A DNA stretch of 64,000 nt from Eledone cirrhosa (GCA_964016885.1 OZ024740.1:411308001-411372000); one strand, 5' to 3'. Positions 1-12,309 are shown, counted from the stretch's first letter. The notes: a model not told the origin generated them from the sequence alone. Program-made: numbers and translations.

Positions 1-54
1 AATATGTCTAATACATTTTATTCTCCGTTTCTTAACTGATATATATATATATAT

Positions 55-110
<56 letters not shown>

Positions 111-112
111 TT

Positions 113-560
113 ATTAAAATAACAGATTAAAGTTTAAGCAAAGAATCGCTGCTTTCACCCTTAACGGGATCTTCTGAAACTAACAAAGTCAATCTGTAAA
201 CGCAGAACTGGATATTTCATAAAACGTTGCAACCGGAGGAAGACAGGAAGACGATACTTTGGTTCGTGGAAACGTTCGCTGGCAAAGAACGGGAAAAAAC
301 GAATAAAACGTCATTAATAGGAGCGGTGAAAAACATTTACGCGCAAAGACAGAACCACGTTTATGGTATAAAAAAGATCGTAGACTAATGTTCTCTTAGG
401 TGGTGCATAGAGACGTTCTCTGGCAATGAACGAAAAAACGAAGATAATACGTCATATGTGGAGCGTGGAGAACAATAGCACGCAAAGACAAAACCACGTA
501 AATGGTATGATAGAAGTCGTAGACAATACAGAAGTAATAGAAATAAATAAATACATACAC
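113..560 (-). repeat. Probable 3' UTR/pLTR of the Penelope-like element, with an internal ~100-bp direct repeat
   Basis: 113-175 matches the module at 25580-25635 and 52640-52675. 270-368 and 411-508 are diverged direct copies. The segment ends in (TA)n/(CA)n. Confidence 0.5.
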
Positions 561-1102
561 GCAAACAAAAACGTACATACACAAGCATACTCAAAACCTT
601 ACCATAGGTATACAAAACCACGCACATATAAATGTGTGTGTGTGTGTATGCCTGTATACAAATAAATAAATAATTATATAAACGTATATAAATAAATAAA
701 TACGTATATAACAAGCGCACACACATACCTACATATAAATACACGAATGTTCGGAGACGTAAGTCAACTAAAACAAGAAGTACACATATACACACACCCA
801 CCATACGTACGAACCTACATAATCACACAGACGCAAAAACTACCGTATACACATAGCCAAACCCTATGTACCAGAATATATAAAATTATACGCCATAACA
901 ATCAAATATACGTACGAGAAGGTATACGTACCTTCACAAAACATACGGGTAGTATATACTTACCTATGCAAATAAGTAAAGGAATAAACAAAACATATAC
1001 TTGGCTCCCACATCAAGACGTAAAATATCCACGTATAGATCGTACTATACGTTAGGGTATAACGGGGGGCTGTAATACAAGAAAGTTTTGTGCAATTTAT
1101 GA

Positions 1103-1644
1103 TTACAAGCCGAAATTGCCTAAAGATTTTTTGTTTAAGATGTGGTCTGTGGCATAGAGTATTTCCAGGGCCTCAGCGGCGCAGAGGTCACATGGTCTTT
1201 TATTTCCGTTATACGATCTAGCCCTAGCTAGGATCTCCCAGTGTAACTTATATTGGGTGTGGTTGTCTTTTAGACTCCAGATATAAGCTGAAAGTGACGT
1301 CATATTCCTTCTTAGAGGGTAACGAAAAGAATGGGTATGCATGTAAAGACGCTGTTTGAAACTATTGGCGGTTATCCCTATGTAGCCCCTACGGGACGTG
1401 GGTGTTACAACCTTACATTTGTAGACAATGTTACTAGAGAGGCATTTCCCGGATAGGGGGCAATCAGCCCGATTCTTACAATTACAGTTAGTACTAACTA
1501 CAGGGCTGCACGTGTTCCTACGGCTAGGTAGTTTAGCTAAATTTGAAGCTGTGATGTTATGTGCAAGGTTAGGAGTCGTAGAGTAAGAAATTTTAATAGT
1601 ATTTCTATTAAAACATTTACTATATTTATGTGTAGGGGGAAAAA
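1103..1644 (-). mobile_element. Penelope-like retroelement, C-terminal GIY-YIG endonuclease region (5'-truncated)
   Basis: Translation FNRNTIKISYSTTPN...CNCKNRADCPLSGKCLSSNIVYKC...GYIGITANSFKQRLYMHTHSF...TSLSAYIW...CDLCAAEALEI...ILNKKS shows the Cys cluster, IVY/YIG motifs, R-x3-H, catalytic E and terminal LN typical of Penelope GIY-YIG domains. The first ~30 aa of the listed ORF come from the neighbouring RTE fragment. Confidence 0.85.
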
Positions 1645-1820
1645 TATATACATATATATAGACCGGGTAACATTCCCGAGATCCATGGACGAGTTCTCTC
1701 CAACGGTCTCTCTCCTTCATTATCGCCGCCATGTCCTGCGACTCCCAGACAGTGTCTGTCCTTAGGGCATCAATATATATGTCAACCTCGGTGTGCCTCT
1801 TCTAGTGTGTCCGTGTAGAG

Positions 1821-3580
1821 TAGGGTTTCCAAACCTGGGCGATATCGCCCACAGGTGGGCGATTTCAACTATTGGGTTAGTGATGAACGAATCTTTAGGA
1901 AATGGTGGGCGATCTAAAATTTTGGTGGGCGACAAAGTATTTTCGGTAATTAAGTATGTTATTGATCATATAATGGCCGGTATGGTTTAATCACAGAGCT
2001 CGGATTCGCTCTTTCCTAGTCTAGACTAAGAGAAGTAGTATCCAGCTGTATGACTGTAATTCATCTGTTTTCAACTGATTCATGTCTAGCAGTTTACAGC
2101 TCACAAGAACTCATTCACATTCTCCAGTGTTCTGAATTTTCTATACAAGTGGATGAGTCAACCGTTATAGCTAACCAATGTTTGATGATGGTTTATGTTC
2201 GATATTTCAATGAATACCTTCAACCTTGTGAGGAAATGCTGTTCACAGAGAACTTGCTGCTTGATTCAAAAGGTACATCTATTTTCGATATGCTTAAGCG
2301 TTTCCTTTCTGAACATCATATTCCACTGACCAATTTCTCAACAGATTTTAACAGTTCAATGTGTGATACACCGACATTTAGTTGAAAAAAATATCAATGG
2401 TCGGTTTAATGATGCGCTGCAATTGGTTATCAAGTCTGTGAATAAACAGAAATCAAATTCCTTGTCTGATCGAATTTTTCGTCAACTCTGTCTCAATAAT
2501 GATGATGATGACTTTGTTAGGCTTTTGTACCATACCGAAGTACGATGGCTGTCAAAGGGCAACTGTGTTGTTCGCTTTGTTGAACTATTTCATGTGATCA
2601 TATCTTTGTTTAAAAGTACTCCTCTGTCGGCTTCATTGATTGCTGCAAAGCGCGATATTTTTTTTCTGAGCGATATATTCACTAAACTTAATAATTTGAT
2701 TAAGTTGTTGCAAGGAAAGCAAAAAAATTCTTGTCGACTGTAAATCATTTATCACCGCCCTCATTTCGAAATTGGTCCTGTATAAAATAAACATTTCCAA
2801 ACGTCAATTGCATCAATTTCCACAACTGGATTCTTTGAAAGATGAATTGGTTGACGATGATATCGTTACCTATCGTGATTATCTACAATCATTGCATGAT
2901 GACATGGTGGAGTGATTTCAAGATATAATTACATTGAATATTCCAAATTGTTATAGCAATCTGTTTGAAGTCCAAGCAGTCTATTGCGAGGATGACGTTC
3001 AGGAGGAGCTAATTGAATTTCAAAATGATAATGAGGCCACAATGCGATATCGGCTTCATTGCAAAGAAGGCTTGTGGTATCATCAAAGTATATTGAATTC
3101 TTACCTATGGAAGAATTTGAAATTAATTTTGCTTGCCTTCCCAACGTCGTACTTGGTCGAATCTGGTTTCAGTCACGTTGATACTTTACTTTCTAAAAGC
3201 AGAAGTGGACTGGATGTAGCCAAACGAGTAGACTTGCTATTAAAATTGAGAAGTTTGCAACCAAATGTGTCTGCACTAGCTGCGTTACATCAGCCTCAAA
3301 ACTAAACATGGTGAGTTTGTTGAACATTTAATACGTATCATTTTTCAATTTTATTTCATTGAGAAACATTTAGCAATCAAAATCTTCATTCTTCTGAATA
3401 ACGTTTCAACGCCGAATGCCCATTTTGCAATATTTCATCTCAATAAATATTTCATTTTTTAAGCAACCGTTCTGAATAATGCTTTATTTTTGCGTCCTTA
3501 AAATTACTGCACATGTGGGTGATGGGAATTTTTGTGTGTAGAAAAGTGGGCGATAACGACAAAAAGGTTAGGAACCCCTG
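1821..3580 (+). mobile_element. hAT (Buster/Charlie-type) DNA transposon, defective
   Basis: Imperfect TIRs TAGGGTTTCCAAACCT (1821) and AGGTTAGGAACCCCTG (to 3580). Perfect 8-bp TSD GTGTAGAG at 1813-1820 and 3581-3588 with central TA. Subterminal GTGGGCGA repeats at both ends. Confidence 0.92.
2050..3305 (+). pseudogene. Frameshifted hAT transposase (ZBED8/SCAND3/FAM200-like)
   Basis: Motifs FSIQVDEST, VYVRYF, EEMLF, C-IHRH, LLYHTEVRWLSKG and LLAFPTSYLVESGFS are spread over several frames with stops. No N-terminal BED finger is visible. Confidence 0.88.
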
Positions 3581-3857
3581 GTGTAGAGATTCCCACAGGA
3601 GCACCGAGTGCAGTGTCAACTCTGAATTTCGGTGAACATGTCCAGCTAACCTCAATCTCCTCTGCGATAATTTCGAGCTAACTTTTGGGAGGCTCCCGTA
3701 CAGCTCTGAGCTCGTTCTTCATACTCAGTGTATATATATTGCACATGGCACTGGACAGAATTGCTTCCACATCATTCATTCTCATCTCGGGAACAATTTT
3801 GAATAGCGCCAGTTCGTAATTCGAACTCGGGAATTTTATATTCTCCGAGTGAAAAGA

Positions 3858-3944
3858 ACCTTCTGACGAAAGTTTATCTTTTCAATGGAGGCCCGCAAGG
3901 ACTATCCATTTATTTTTGAGGCTCGAAACCGTTTCGGTAAAGGT
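3858..3944 (+). ncRNA. Type I hammerhead ribozyme motif, copy 1
   Basis: ACCTT-CTGACGA-[extended stem II with AATGGA/TCCATT and CC-GCAA-GG]-GAAA-CCG-TTT-CGG-TA-AAGGT. GUA cleavage triplet. The base of stem II is mismatched (A/C). Confidence 0.75.
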
Positions 3945-4337
3945 AACCAAAGTAAGTTCAGTGAATTTTTTGAAATTTATTTTGAAACTTTTTCTTATTT
4001 GCTAAACCTTGATTATATATGTTCTGGCTCGTTAATTTATTAACCTGCCATAGAACCACATTGGCATATGGTTGGAAAATACATGTGTCCCTATACGTTT
4101 TTTGCGTGTAGGGATATATACTTTATTATTATTAATCTTCCCCTGGTCGAGATAAAATTTGGTCGTTTTGACTACTGCTATTTATAGTGGTAGTAGATTG
4201 CCCTACTTGCCTCTGCCTACTATCTGTGCACACGGCACTGGACAGAATTGCTTCCACATCATTCATTCTCATCTCGGGAACAATTTTGAATAGCGCCAGT
4301 TCGTAATTCGAACTTTTATATTCTCCGAGTGAAAAGA

Positions 4338-4424
4338 ACCTTCGGACGAGAGTTTATCTTTTCAATGGAGGCCCGCAAGGACTGTCCATTTATTTTTGAG
4401 ACTCGAAACCGTTTCGGTAAAGGT
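4338..4424 (+). ncRNA. Type I hammerhead ribozyme motif, copy 2 (core variant CGGACGA)
   Basis: Same fold as copy 1 with intact stem II base GAGT/ACTC, but U4 to G in the catalytic core. Confidence 0.65.
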
Positions 4425-4489
4425 AACCATAGTAAGTACAGTGAATTTTTTGAAATTTATTTTGAAACTTTTTCTTATTTGCTAAACCT

Positions 4490-4532
<43 letters not shown>

Positions 4533-4670
4533 TAGAAGGGGTATTTAATTTGTTGGAAGTTCAACAAATATAAATGTTTATAACTGATTTAGAGCACTCA
4601 ACTGTTTACTGGAGTAAATATTCAATGATATTAAATAAATGGAAACTATATTTATAAAACCATATTTATG

Positions 4671-4725
4671 TTATTATATATATTTCAAGGGTACCAAGAC
4701 ACATTGACACGCTTTCATCAGATAA
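4671..4725 (-). ncRNA. Minimal Penelope-type hammerhead motif
   Basis: Reverse complement reads TTAT-CTGATGA-AAGCGTGTCAA(tgtgtc)TTGGTACCCTT-GAAA-TATATA-TA-ATAA, with palindromic stem III. Confidence 0.6.
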
Positions 4726-5877
4726 AATACAAAGTTTGTTTTATAAATCGAGACATACCCATGAAAACCACACCTTATCGGTTGGAAATTCACTGGTTAG
4801 TGGAAATATATTAGGGACTTTTCAAATAATTGAAAAACAACCGTTTATTTAAACGACTATGGAAAAAGAGAATAGATAGGATCAGAGGATAAAATAATGC
4901 TAGAGAGAGAGAGAAGAAAAAAAACAAGAGAGGATGAATAAAACTCATATAACGTTAATTTGAGGGAATTATATTCTAAGTATATATCTTAATAGTAAGT
5001 GTATTTACGATTATTAGTTGTTTAAAATTTGTTTATAATATAATATTTTTCTTCTGTTATAAGTAGATAAATAAATAAATAAATAGATGGGTATATCATG
5101 TTATAGATAATTGTTCTAATGATTTATGATGGATATTGGTTTTGTATTTAATGTAAATAAATATTAAGTTGAATTAAATTAAAATGGGAATATACTGAAA
5201 AAACTCCGGTTTAATTTATTTATTCGTTAGTGTGAGACTATTTAGTTAAAATAAGTATAGATGTTGAAAGATACATTTAGCCAGAATCAGTTAATGGTTA
5301 TAAATCTATTGAAAAATATTGAAATAATATTGATACAGTATTAAAAAATATTAAAAATTTGTGAACATTTAAAAATAATAATTCATAAGAGATAAGTAAT
5401 TTTAAAGAAATAAAAATTAAAGTAATAAAAATTAAGAAATTAAAATTATTAAAATTAAAATTAAAATTAAAATTAAAATAAAAATTAAAATTAAGAAAAA
5501 ATTTAGAATTATATAGGTATATATTTTATTTATTAAAATTTTCAGAAGTGGAATTATATCAAATGTTATAGATATTATGATTTAGAGATATCAATATATT
5601 AAAACAAAGTGGATGAGATTGTTATGGAAATAAGTACAAATATTATAAGTATAATTTATAACTTTTATATAGTTCTGAATGTTGAATTCAGGCGATGTCT
5701 ACAAGAATTAAATAAATTCGTTCTTAGAATAATGGAGTTTTTACATTTAAGTTGAAAAAAATTTCATCAATGCACAATTTGCAGAATCTAGATAAAGCTG
5801 TTGTTGTACGCGGGTGCTTATGAAACTATTCCCCAAGCTAATGAATAGTCCATATTTTTGCATTTTAAGTTCCATAA

Positions 5878-6140
5878 CTCCTTCGTTCTGTCCTACGCCA
5901 TCTTGCTTTTATGGCGTAGGGCAGAACAAAGGAGAGGTACAAAACAAAGAAAAGAATCCCCGGTCACTGAAGAAGTCACAGAATGTGTGACGAAAGAACT
6001 TTGACAATATATAAATAACCGTCCGGTTGTGGAACCCACCAACCAACCGGAAATTTACAAATTTCTTAAATTTATAATAAATTGGAGTGAAAGCAACTGG
6101 TGCGTGTGTTTCTTATTGGCAACATGACCCTCCAAAGTAT

Positions 6141-6146
<6 letters not shown>
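5878..6146 (+). mobile_element. Penelope-like pLTR: hairpin, hammerhead-like motif and conserved tail
   Basis: ~24-bp stem at 5878-5935. GTCA-CTGAAGA-A-GTCACA..TGTGAC-GAAA-GAACTT-TGAC at ~5964-6005. Tail GTGAAAGCAACTGG...CCAAAGTATAACAA-(TA)n recurs at 7919-7964, ~51510-51540 and 61761-61823. Confidence 0.6.
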
Positions 6147-6192
<46 letters not shown>

Positions 6193-7034
6193 CTTTGGGT
6201 GTGTATGTCTATAATGTGCATATTATGTGCTTGCAGTGGAACAAACTGTCACTCTCAGTTTTGCCTTTTAACCTTCTGTAGTAAATAATTGTAACAGTTA
6301 TTACTGAGAGAGAGAGAGAGAGAGAGAGAGAAAGTGAGAGGGAGAGAGAGAAAGAGAGAGAGAGAGAAAGAGACAGAGACAGAGAGAGCGAGAGAGTGTG
6401 TGTGTGTGTGATAGAGACGGATATTATGATGGAAAAGAACAAAATGCAAAAAGAAATTAAACTGTGAGGGATGCTGAGATATTTGACAACAATAGTCTAA
6501 CATTGGCTGAGGATCAAAACGTTTTGGCAGACGACGCAGACGATTAAATCGACCATTATATTCACCTGATACTTATATGTAGCTAATAAGAGTGTTTCTA
6601 AATGATTGGAGATGAAAGGGGATCAGACGTGACCGTAGAGATAAAGGGCACCTGAATATGTTGGAATGATGGGAGTTTATTATATTTACATTGGAGAAAA
6701 TATGTTTGTCAGAAAATGAAATTTGATAATGGTCTCCAAGGATTAAATGGGAGTGTTAAACAGAATGACGGATTACATCTACTACCGCGAACTACACAAT
6801 GTAAACAAACAGAATAAATATAGTCTTTTAAAAGTTAAAACGATGATAATTATTTTGGGTATTGTTGTCAGGGTTTGAAAGCTTTTGTGGCAAAACAAGA
6901 AAACAGGGACCCGCTCTTGACCCAAAATTCAAGCTACATTTGATGGTTATTATTTTCTGAGCGAGATAAAAAGCGGGATTGAGATATTAGAATAAATGAT
7001 GAGAAGGATAGAGAGGGTGAGGGAGTGAATGAAT

Positions 7035-7124
<90 letters not shown>

Positions 7125-7386
7125 AGTACGTATAAAGAGTGTTTACGTAAAGAGATTGTTACAAACGGATTAAACTCAAAAGAGAATTAAAAAAAACCAC
7201 GGCCAGTGGAGGAAAAAAGGAATAGTAGAAAGAGATAGCGGGCGAAAGGAAATAGTAGGATGAAATTAAAAATGAACCAAGGCTTGAAAGAGGAACAAGT
7301 TTGATAGATATACGCTTTTGGTAGGAATGTAATGATAGAGACTAAGATAAATACAGGTTAAAATTAAGTTTTCATGAAGGGAAGAT

Positions 7387-7568
7387 AATTGTTTCTACTT
7401 TAGGCACAAGGCCAGCAAATTACCCAGTGCATTACTGATACTTTATTTTATCGACCACGTAAGGGTGAAAGGAAAAGTTAACTTCGGTGGGATTTGAACT
7501 CAGAATGGCAAGGGCCGTAACTCTATGTGTCAAAGCATGGCGTCCGACTCTCTACCGATACTGCCAAT
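7387..7568 (-). mobile_element. SINE family A (octopus-type), near full length
   Basis: TTTCTACTTTAGGCACAAGGCCAGCAA...TTTATCGACC...GAAAGG.AAAGT.AAC.TCGG.GGGATTTGAACTCAGAA. B-box-like GAGTTCAAATCC on the minus strand. Many copies in the window. Confidence 0.8.
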
Positions 7569-7959
7569 AGGGAAGATAATGAAAAAGAAGGAAAGAGGAA
7601 GAGACAAAGAAAAAGAAAGGAAAATAGATTTGATATAGACAAAGAAAGGTGAACTAAGGGAGATTGAATAAAATACGATAAACAACAGCAACAAAAGTGG
7701 GTGAATAAATGAAGAGTCAGATAATCGGAGAGATAAAGGGAGAGAAAGAGAGCGAAAGAGTGAGAAAGTGAGAGAGGGATATAGGTAGTATGAAAGAGAG
7801 GCATGAGAGATAGCTGGATAATACTATAGATGCAATGATATCTGTAGCTATCTCTATGTGTATGTGTGTGAGTGTGTGTGTGTTTGCATGTGTGTGGAGG
7901 TATATATATATATATATATGCGTGTGTTTCTTATTGGCAACATGACCCTCCCAAAGTAT

Positions 7960-8011
<52 letters not shown>

Positions 8012-8013
<2 letters not shown>

Positions 8014-8166
8014 CGAAGGAAATGTGGTAAGGAACCAGGTGGACCATAACGCACCAAAGTACTCAATACTTAGGGTAGTAGAGTGGGTAATAGGAACAAG
8101 TAAGACCCCGACGGCTGAGCTCAAGCCGTTTCGACGGCTAATTCTGCCGTCGGGGTCTTACTTGTT

Positions 8167-8171
<5 letters not shown>
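8012..8171 (-). repeat. (TA)n-flanked fold-back repeat with the 3' half of a hammerhead
   Basis: Perfect 26-bp inverted arms at 8090-8115 and 8146-8171. Minus strand reads GTC-GAAA-CGGC..GCCG-TC-GGGGTC. The tail matches 52858-52936. Confidence 0.7.
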
Positions 8172-8217
<46 letters not shown>

Positions 8218-8696
8218 CTGTATGTATGTATGTATGTATGTATGTATGTATGTATGTATGTATGTATGTATGTATGTATGTATGTATGTTGACTTGTTCT
8301 TCTGTTTGGTAAATATCATCTTGGTTAAGAGAGTGGGACTGGCCTTGTGCAGTGCCTTTGCTCACTATAAAAACTTCACGGCACAGGGATTGTTTTATAT
8401 CTGGAGATCTCTCTGCACTTGTCATCACATGGTACCATGGGCCCAGCACTGTGTGTCAATAATTGTCACAGGTGTAGTGTTTGTATCAGAGTTTTCAAGT
8501 CGCTGGCTGGACTAAAAAGTCACACTCGTTCAGCGCATCGGTAGGGGTTCTCCTACATGGATATAAAGTAGTGGCCCTACTCGAGAACGAGTTGGCAGCC
8601 ACCATATATATATTTATATATATATATATCTGTGTATATGTATGTATATTTATATATATGTGTGTGTATGTATGTATATTTATATATATATGTATG

Positions 8697-8741
<45 letters not shown>

Positions 8742-9160
8742 GTGTGTATGTATATATATTTATATATATCTGTATGTATGTATGTATATTTATATATCTG
8801 TATGTATATATATATATATATATTTATATATATCTGTATGTATATATATATATATTTATATATATCTGTGTGTATGTATATATATTTATATATATCTGTG
8901 TGTATGTATATATATTTATATATATCTGCGTGTATGTATGTATGTGTATATTTTAATTTTGAAGGGTTATCGATATATACAGATAGATACCACCAAACAA
9001 AGAGTGAGAAAGAAAGAGAACAAATAAGAAAGTGTATGTGTGAGAGAGAGAGAGGAGGGGAAGACCGGTTCAATTAGATGAAGAGAGAGAAAGAGAATGA
9101 TAATTTGAGAGATTGGGCGCGAAATAGAGAGAGAAAGAGAGAGAATGAGGGAGAGAGAGA

Positions 9161-9222
<62 letters not shown>

Positions 9223-9635
9223 AAGTAAAAAAGAAAGAAAACGACTCGTAGAGAAAGGAAAGATGGATAGAGAGAAGATAATTAAGAGAAGAATAAAAGG
9301 AGAAGGTGACCCGAGTGAGGGATGAAACTCTTAGAAAACAATAAAAGGAATGAATATGAAGGAATGAATGAGGTCAGAAAGACAACGTTACGATGTGTTA
9401 TTTCTAGTATGCCCTTCCCTTTTCTGTTGTTCTCTGGGCTTTGGGTGCTATTTCTAGCATGTATGTAAATTTCCTTCGTTTTTTTCCACATTTTATTGGA
9501 TTTAGCAGCTCTTTCTAGCATGTCCGGCCTTTAGCACGGAAAATATATTTAAGGCTCTGTTTTTCTTTTTTTTTTTCATTTCTTTGATTTGTCAAAGTGC
9601 TATTATTGAAAAAATTATATATATATATATATATA

Positions 9636-9666
<31 letters not shown>

Positions 9667-9959
9667 CTAGGGCGGGGAAAATTCCCGAGATCCATGGACG
9701 AAAGAGATACAAATGCTTAGGTGACTCGAGTGAGGGATGAAACTATCTTAGAAAACAATACAAGGAATGAATATGAAGGATGAATGAGGTAAGACATCTT
9801 TACGATGTCTGCGATGTTGTGATCGAGACTGAGACATACTAGGATAGAAAGCCAATAAATTCTTCTATTTACCATTTTCCTCTGTAATTTTCGTTGAAAA
9901 TTTATTCGAAATTACATTCAATGTTATTTCATATTTCAAGAGAAACTTGAGTGGATATG

Positions 9960-10507
<548 letters not shown>

Positions 10508-10752
10508 AAAAAATAAAACAAAAAGATACAACCGCCCCCCATCCTTTCCTTCTACTGCATGCTCTGCTTTTCCCAAACTACTCAACCCACTCATGTTGTC
10601 AACCCCTCCCTTCTCATTCATTCAATCCTTTGAGAATCCTACATCATACTCAATATTATCCCCACCCTCTTTATTTTGTTTCTTCTTCTCTTATACCCCC
10701 CACCTCGTGTTCTTCGCTCCGTTTACATGTATTTCATTCTTACATGCTTTTA

Positions 10753-10822
<70 letters not shown>

Positions 10823-11302
10823 GTGTTCTTTCTCTCCTCGTTTTCTTTACCCTTCTCCTGATAATTCATTTATTCGTTCATTCATTCATTCATTCATTCA
10901 TTTATTCTATCCTCCTTTTATTCTATCATTCTTTCTATCATACTTTTTCTAACATATATTACTTTCTGTTTTAAATCTACCTGTTGATTTCGTTCCACCC
11001 CCTCAATTATTTCTTCAGCAGCATCTTTCTCTCTCTTTTACCTCCCTCCCTCTCTCTCTCTTATACCTCTCTCGCCCCTCTCCAAGTTATATCTAACCTT
11101 CCATCCGTAAATTTCCCCTCCTCCATATCTTGTCCCACCTCCTCTTTACCTTGCATATTATATTTATTGTCAAGGTGCGCGTCTATATGTATCTGTGAGT
11201 ATGCGACTGTGTGTGTGTATGTGAGAGTCTGTGTGTGTGTGTGCATGTGAGTGTGTGTGAGTGTGTGTGTGTGTATGTGAGTGTGTATGTGTATATGTGT
11301 GA

Positions 11303-11407
<105 letters not shown>

Positions 11408-12002
11408 GAAATATACCTGGCGATCACATGACTGAAAGAGGCGGTAGGTTTAGATATATGTTTGTATCAGTGCGTAAGAGAATGCGAGAGGGGGGGGGCT
11501 GAGGGGGGAGAAAAAGAAAGTGAAACTAAGAAAAAAAAGAAAGAAAAACGAAAGAAAAAGAAAGAAAAAAGAAAAGAATCATAAACAAAGTGAATAAACA
11601 TCTAAAATAATAAAATAATAATATTATTCATAATAATATTTTTAAAAGATAATAGTAATTAATGTGTATAATTTAACAGATTAAAAATAATTGATTATTC
11701 TATCGAATAATTTTATAATTATGATAATGATTGACTCACTAACAAATTTACTATCTACTAATATGAATGATTATGTGAATGTCCACACTTCTAAATCAAC
11801 TAAAATAGGTAAAGAAAGAGTGACAGTATAGGCGAGTGGGTTGAGAAACAACAAACGAACTTGTGTAACAGTAAGGCAATAGAAAGCTTAATCGTGTAAC
11901 GGACCCAGTTGTCGGCGTAACAACAAACCGAGAGAGCGAACAAGTAAGAACAGGAACTTGTCACCAGCCATCAGAGAAATCTAATCGTCGTGCATATTAA
12001 AC

Positions 12003-12064
12003 TGACGCCCCCGTAGCTTTGCCAGAAAAAGTATAAAGTAGTCGATCAGCAGTGTTGAGTGTCA
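12003..12064 (+). promoter_or_regulatory. Candidate RNA Pol II promoter (CRE half-site, TATA box, Inr-like TCA)
   Basis: TGACG at 12003-12007, TATAAA at 12032-12037 and TCA at 12062-12064, about 30 nt after the TATA. It lies in a non-repetitive CpG-containing patch among microsatellites. Confidence 0.45.
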
Positions 12065-12160
12065 AAGACGTTGTGGAATTCCAGACAGTTCGTTTTCAAG
12101 CCGAAGATAACAGACATTTCTAAGAAATCAGATCAGTGGGATTTGATCCTCATTATAAAG
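12064..12160 (+). other. Candidate non-coding first exon (5' UTR)
   Basis: ATG-free ~97 nt following the TATA box, ending at a strong donor AAG|GTAGGT (12160/12161). Linkage to the exon at 49283 is inferred. Confidence 0.42.
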
Positions 12161-12309
12161 GTAGGTTATTACTTATAAGTTACTACTTACTTATGGACGA
12201 ACCATATTACCTTATACATATATATATATATATATATATATGAATTATTCTATGTGTATATATTTATATCTATATAGCTACATCTATATATTAGCATATA
12301 TATAAGTAA

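Larger units (their letters stand above)
1661..3730 (-). mobile_element. RTE-like LINE 3' end, split by the hAT insertion (pieces 1661-1820 and 3581-3730)
   Basis: The joined minus-strand reading gives SELYGSLPKV...RLRLAGHVHR..ELTLHSVLLWE|HGHTRRG.PRLTY...MAAIMKERDRWRELV, a typical RTE-type post-RT C-terminus. It is homologous to 35150-35520. Confidence 0.75.
3740..4493 (+). mobile_element. Non-coding partial tandem repeat with two hammerhead motifs (retrozyme/pLTR-like)
   Basis: Near-identical direct repeats 3740-4013 and 4227-4493 (7-nt indel) surround a 213-bp spacer. Short (TA)n on the left and long (TA)n on the right. No credible ORF. Confidence 0.75.

Noticed and set aside
4900-5650. 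Possible mitochondrial insertion (very AT-rich)
   Set aside because: No recognisable mitochondrial gene, tRNA or rRNA motif.
5878-5935. Hairpin as a SECIS element or pre-miRNA
   Set aside because: No AUGA/GA quartet or apical AA motif, and it lies within a repeat-derived unit.
6505-6556. TGG-CTGAGGA-TC...TAAATCGACCA hammerhead-like string
   Set aside because: It lacks GAAA and a convincing stem II.
7387-7568. Recurrent repeats as a CRISPR array or tRNA genes
   Set aside because: The copies are dispersed SINEs in eukaryotic DNA, with no repeat-spacer periodicity and no complete cloverleaf.
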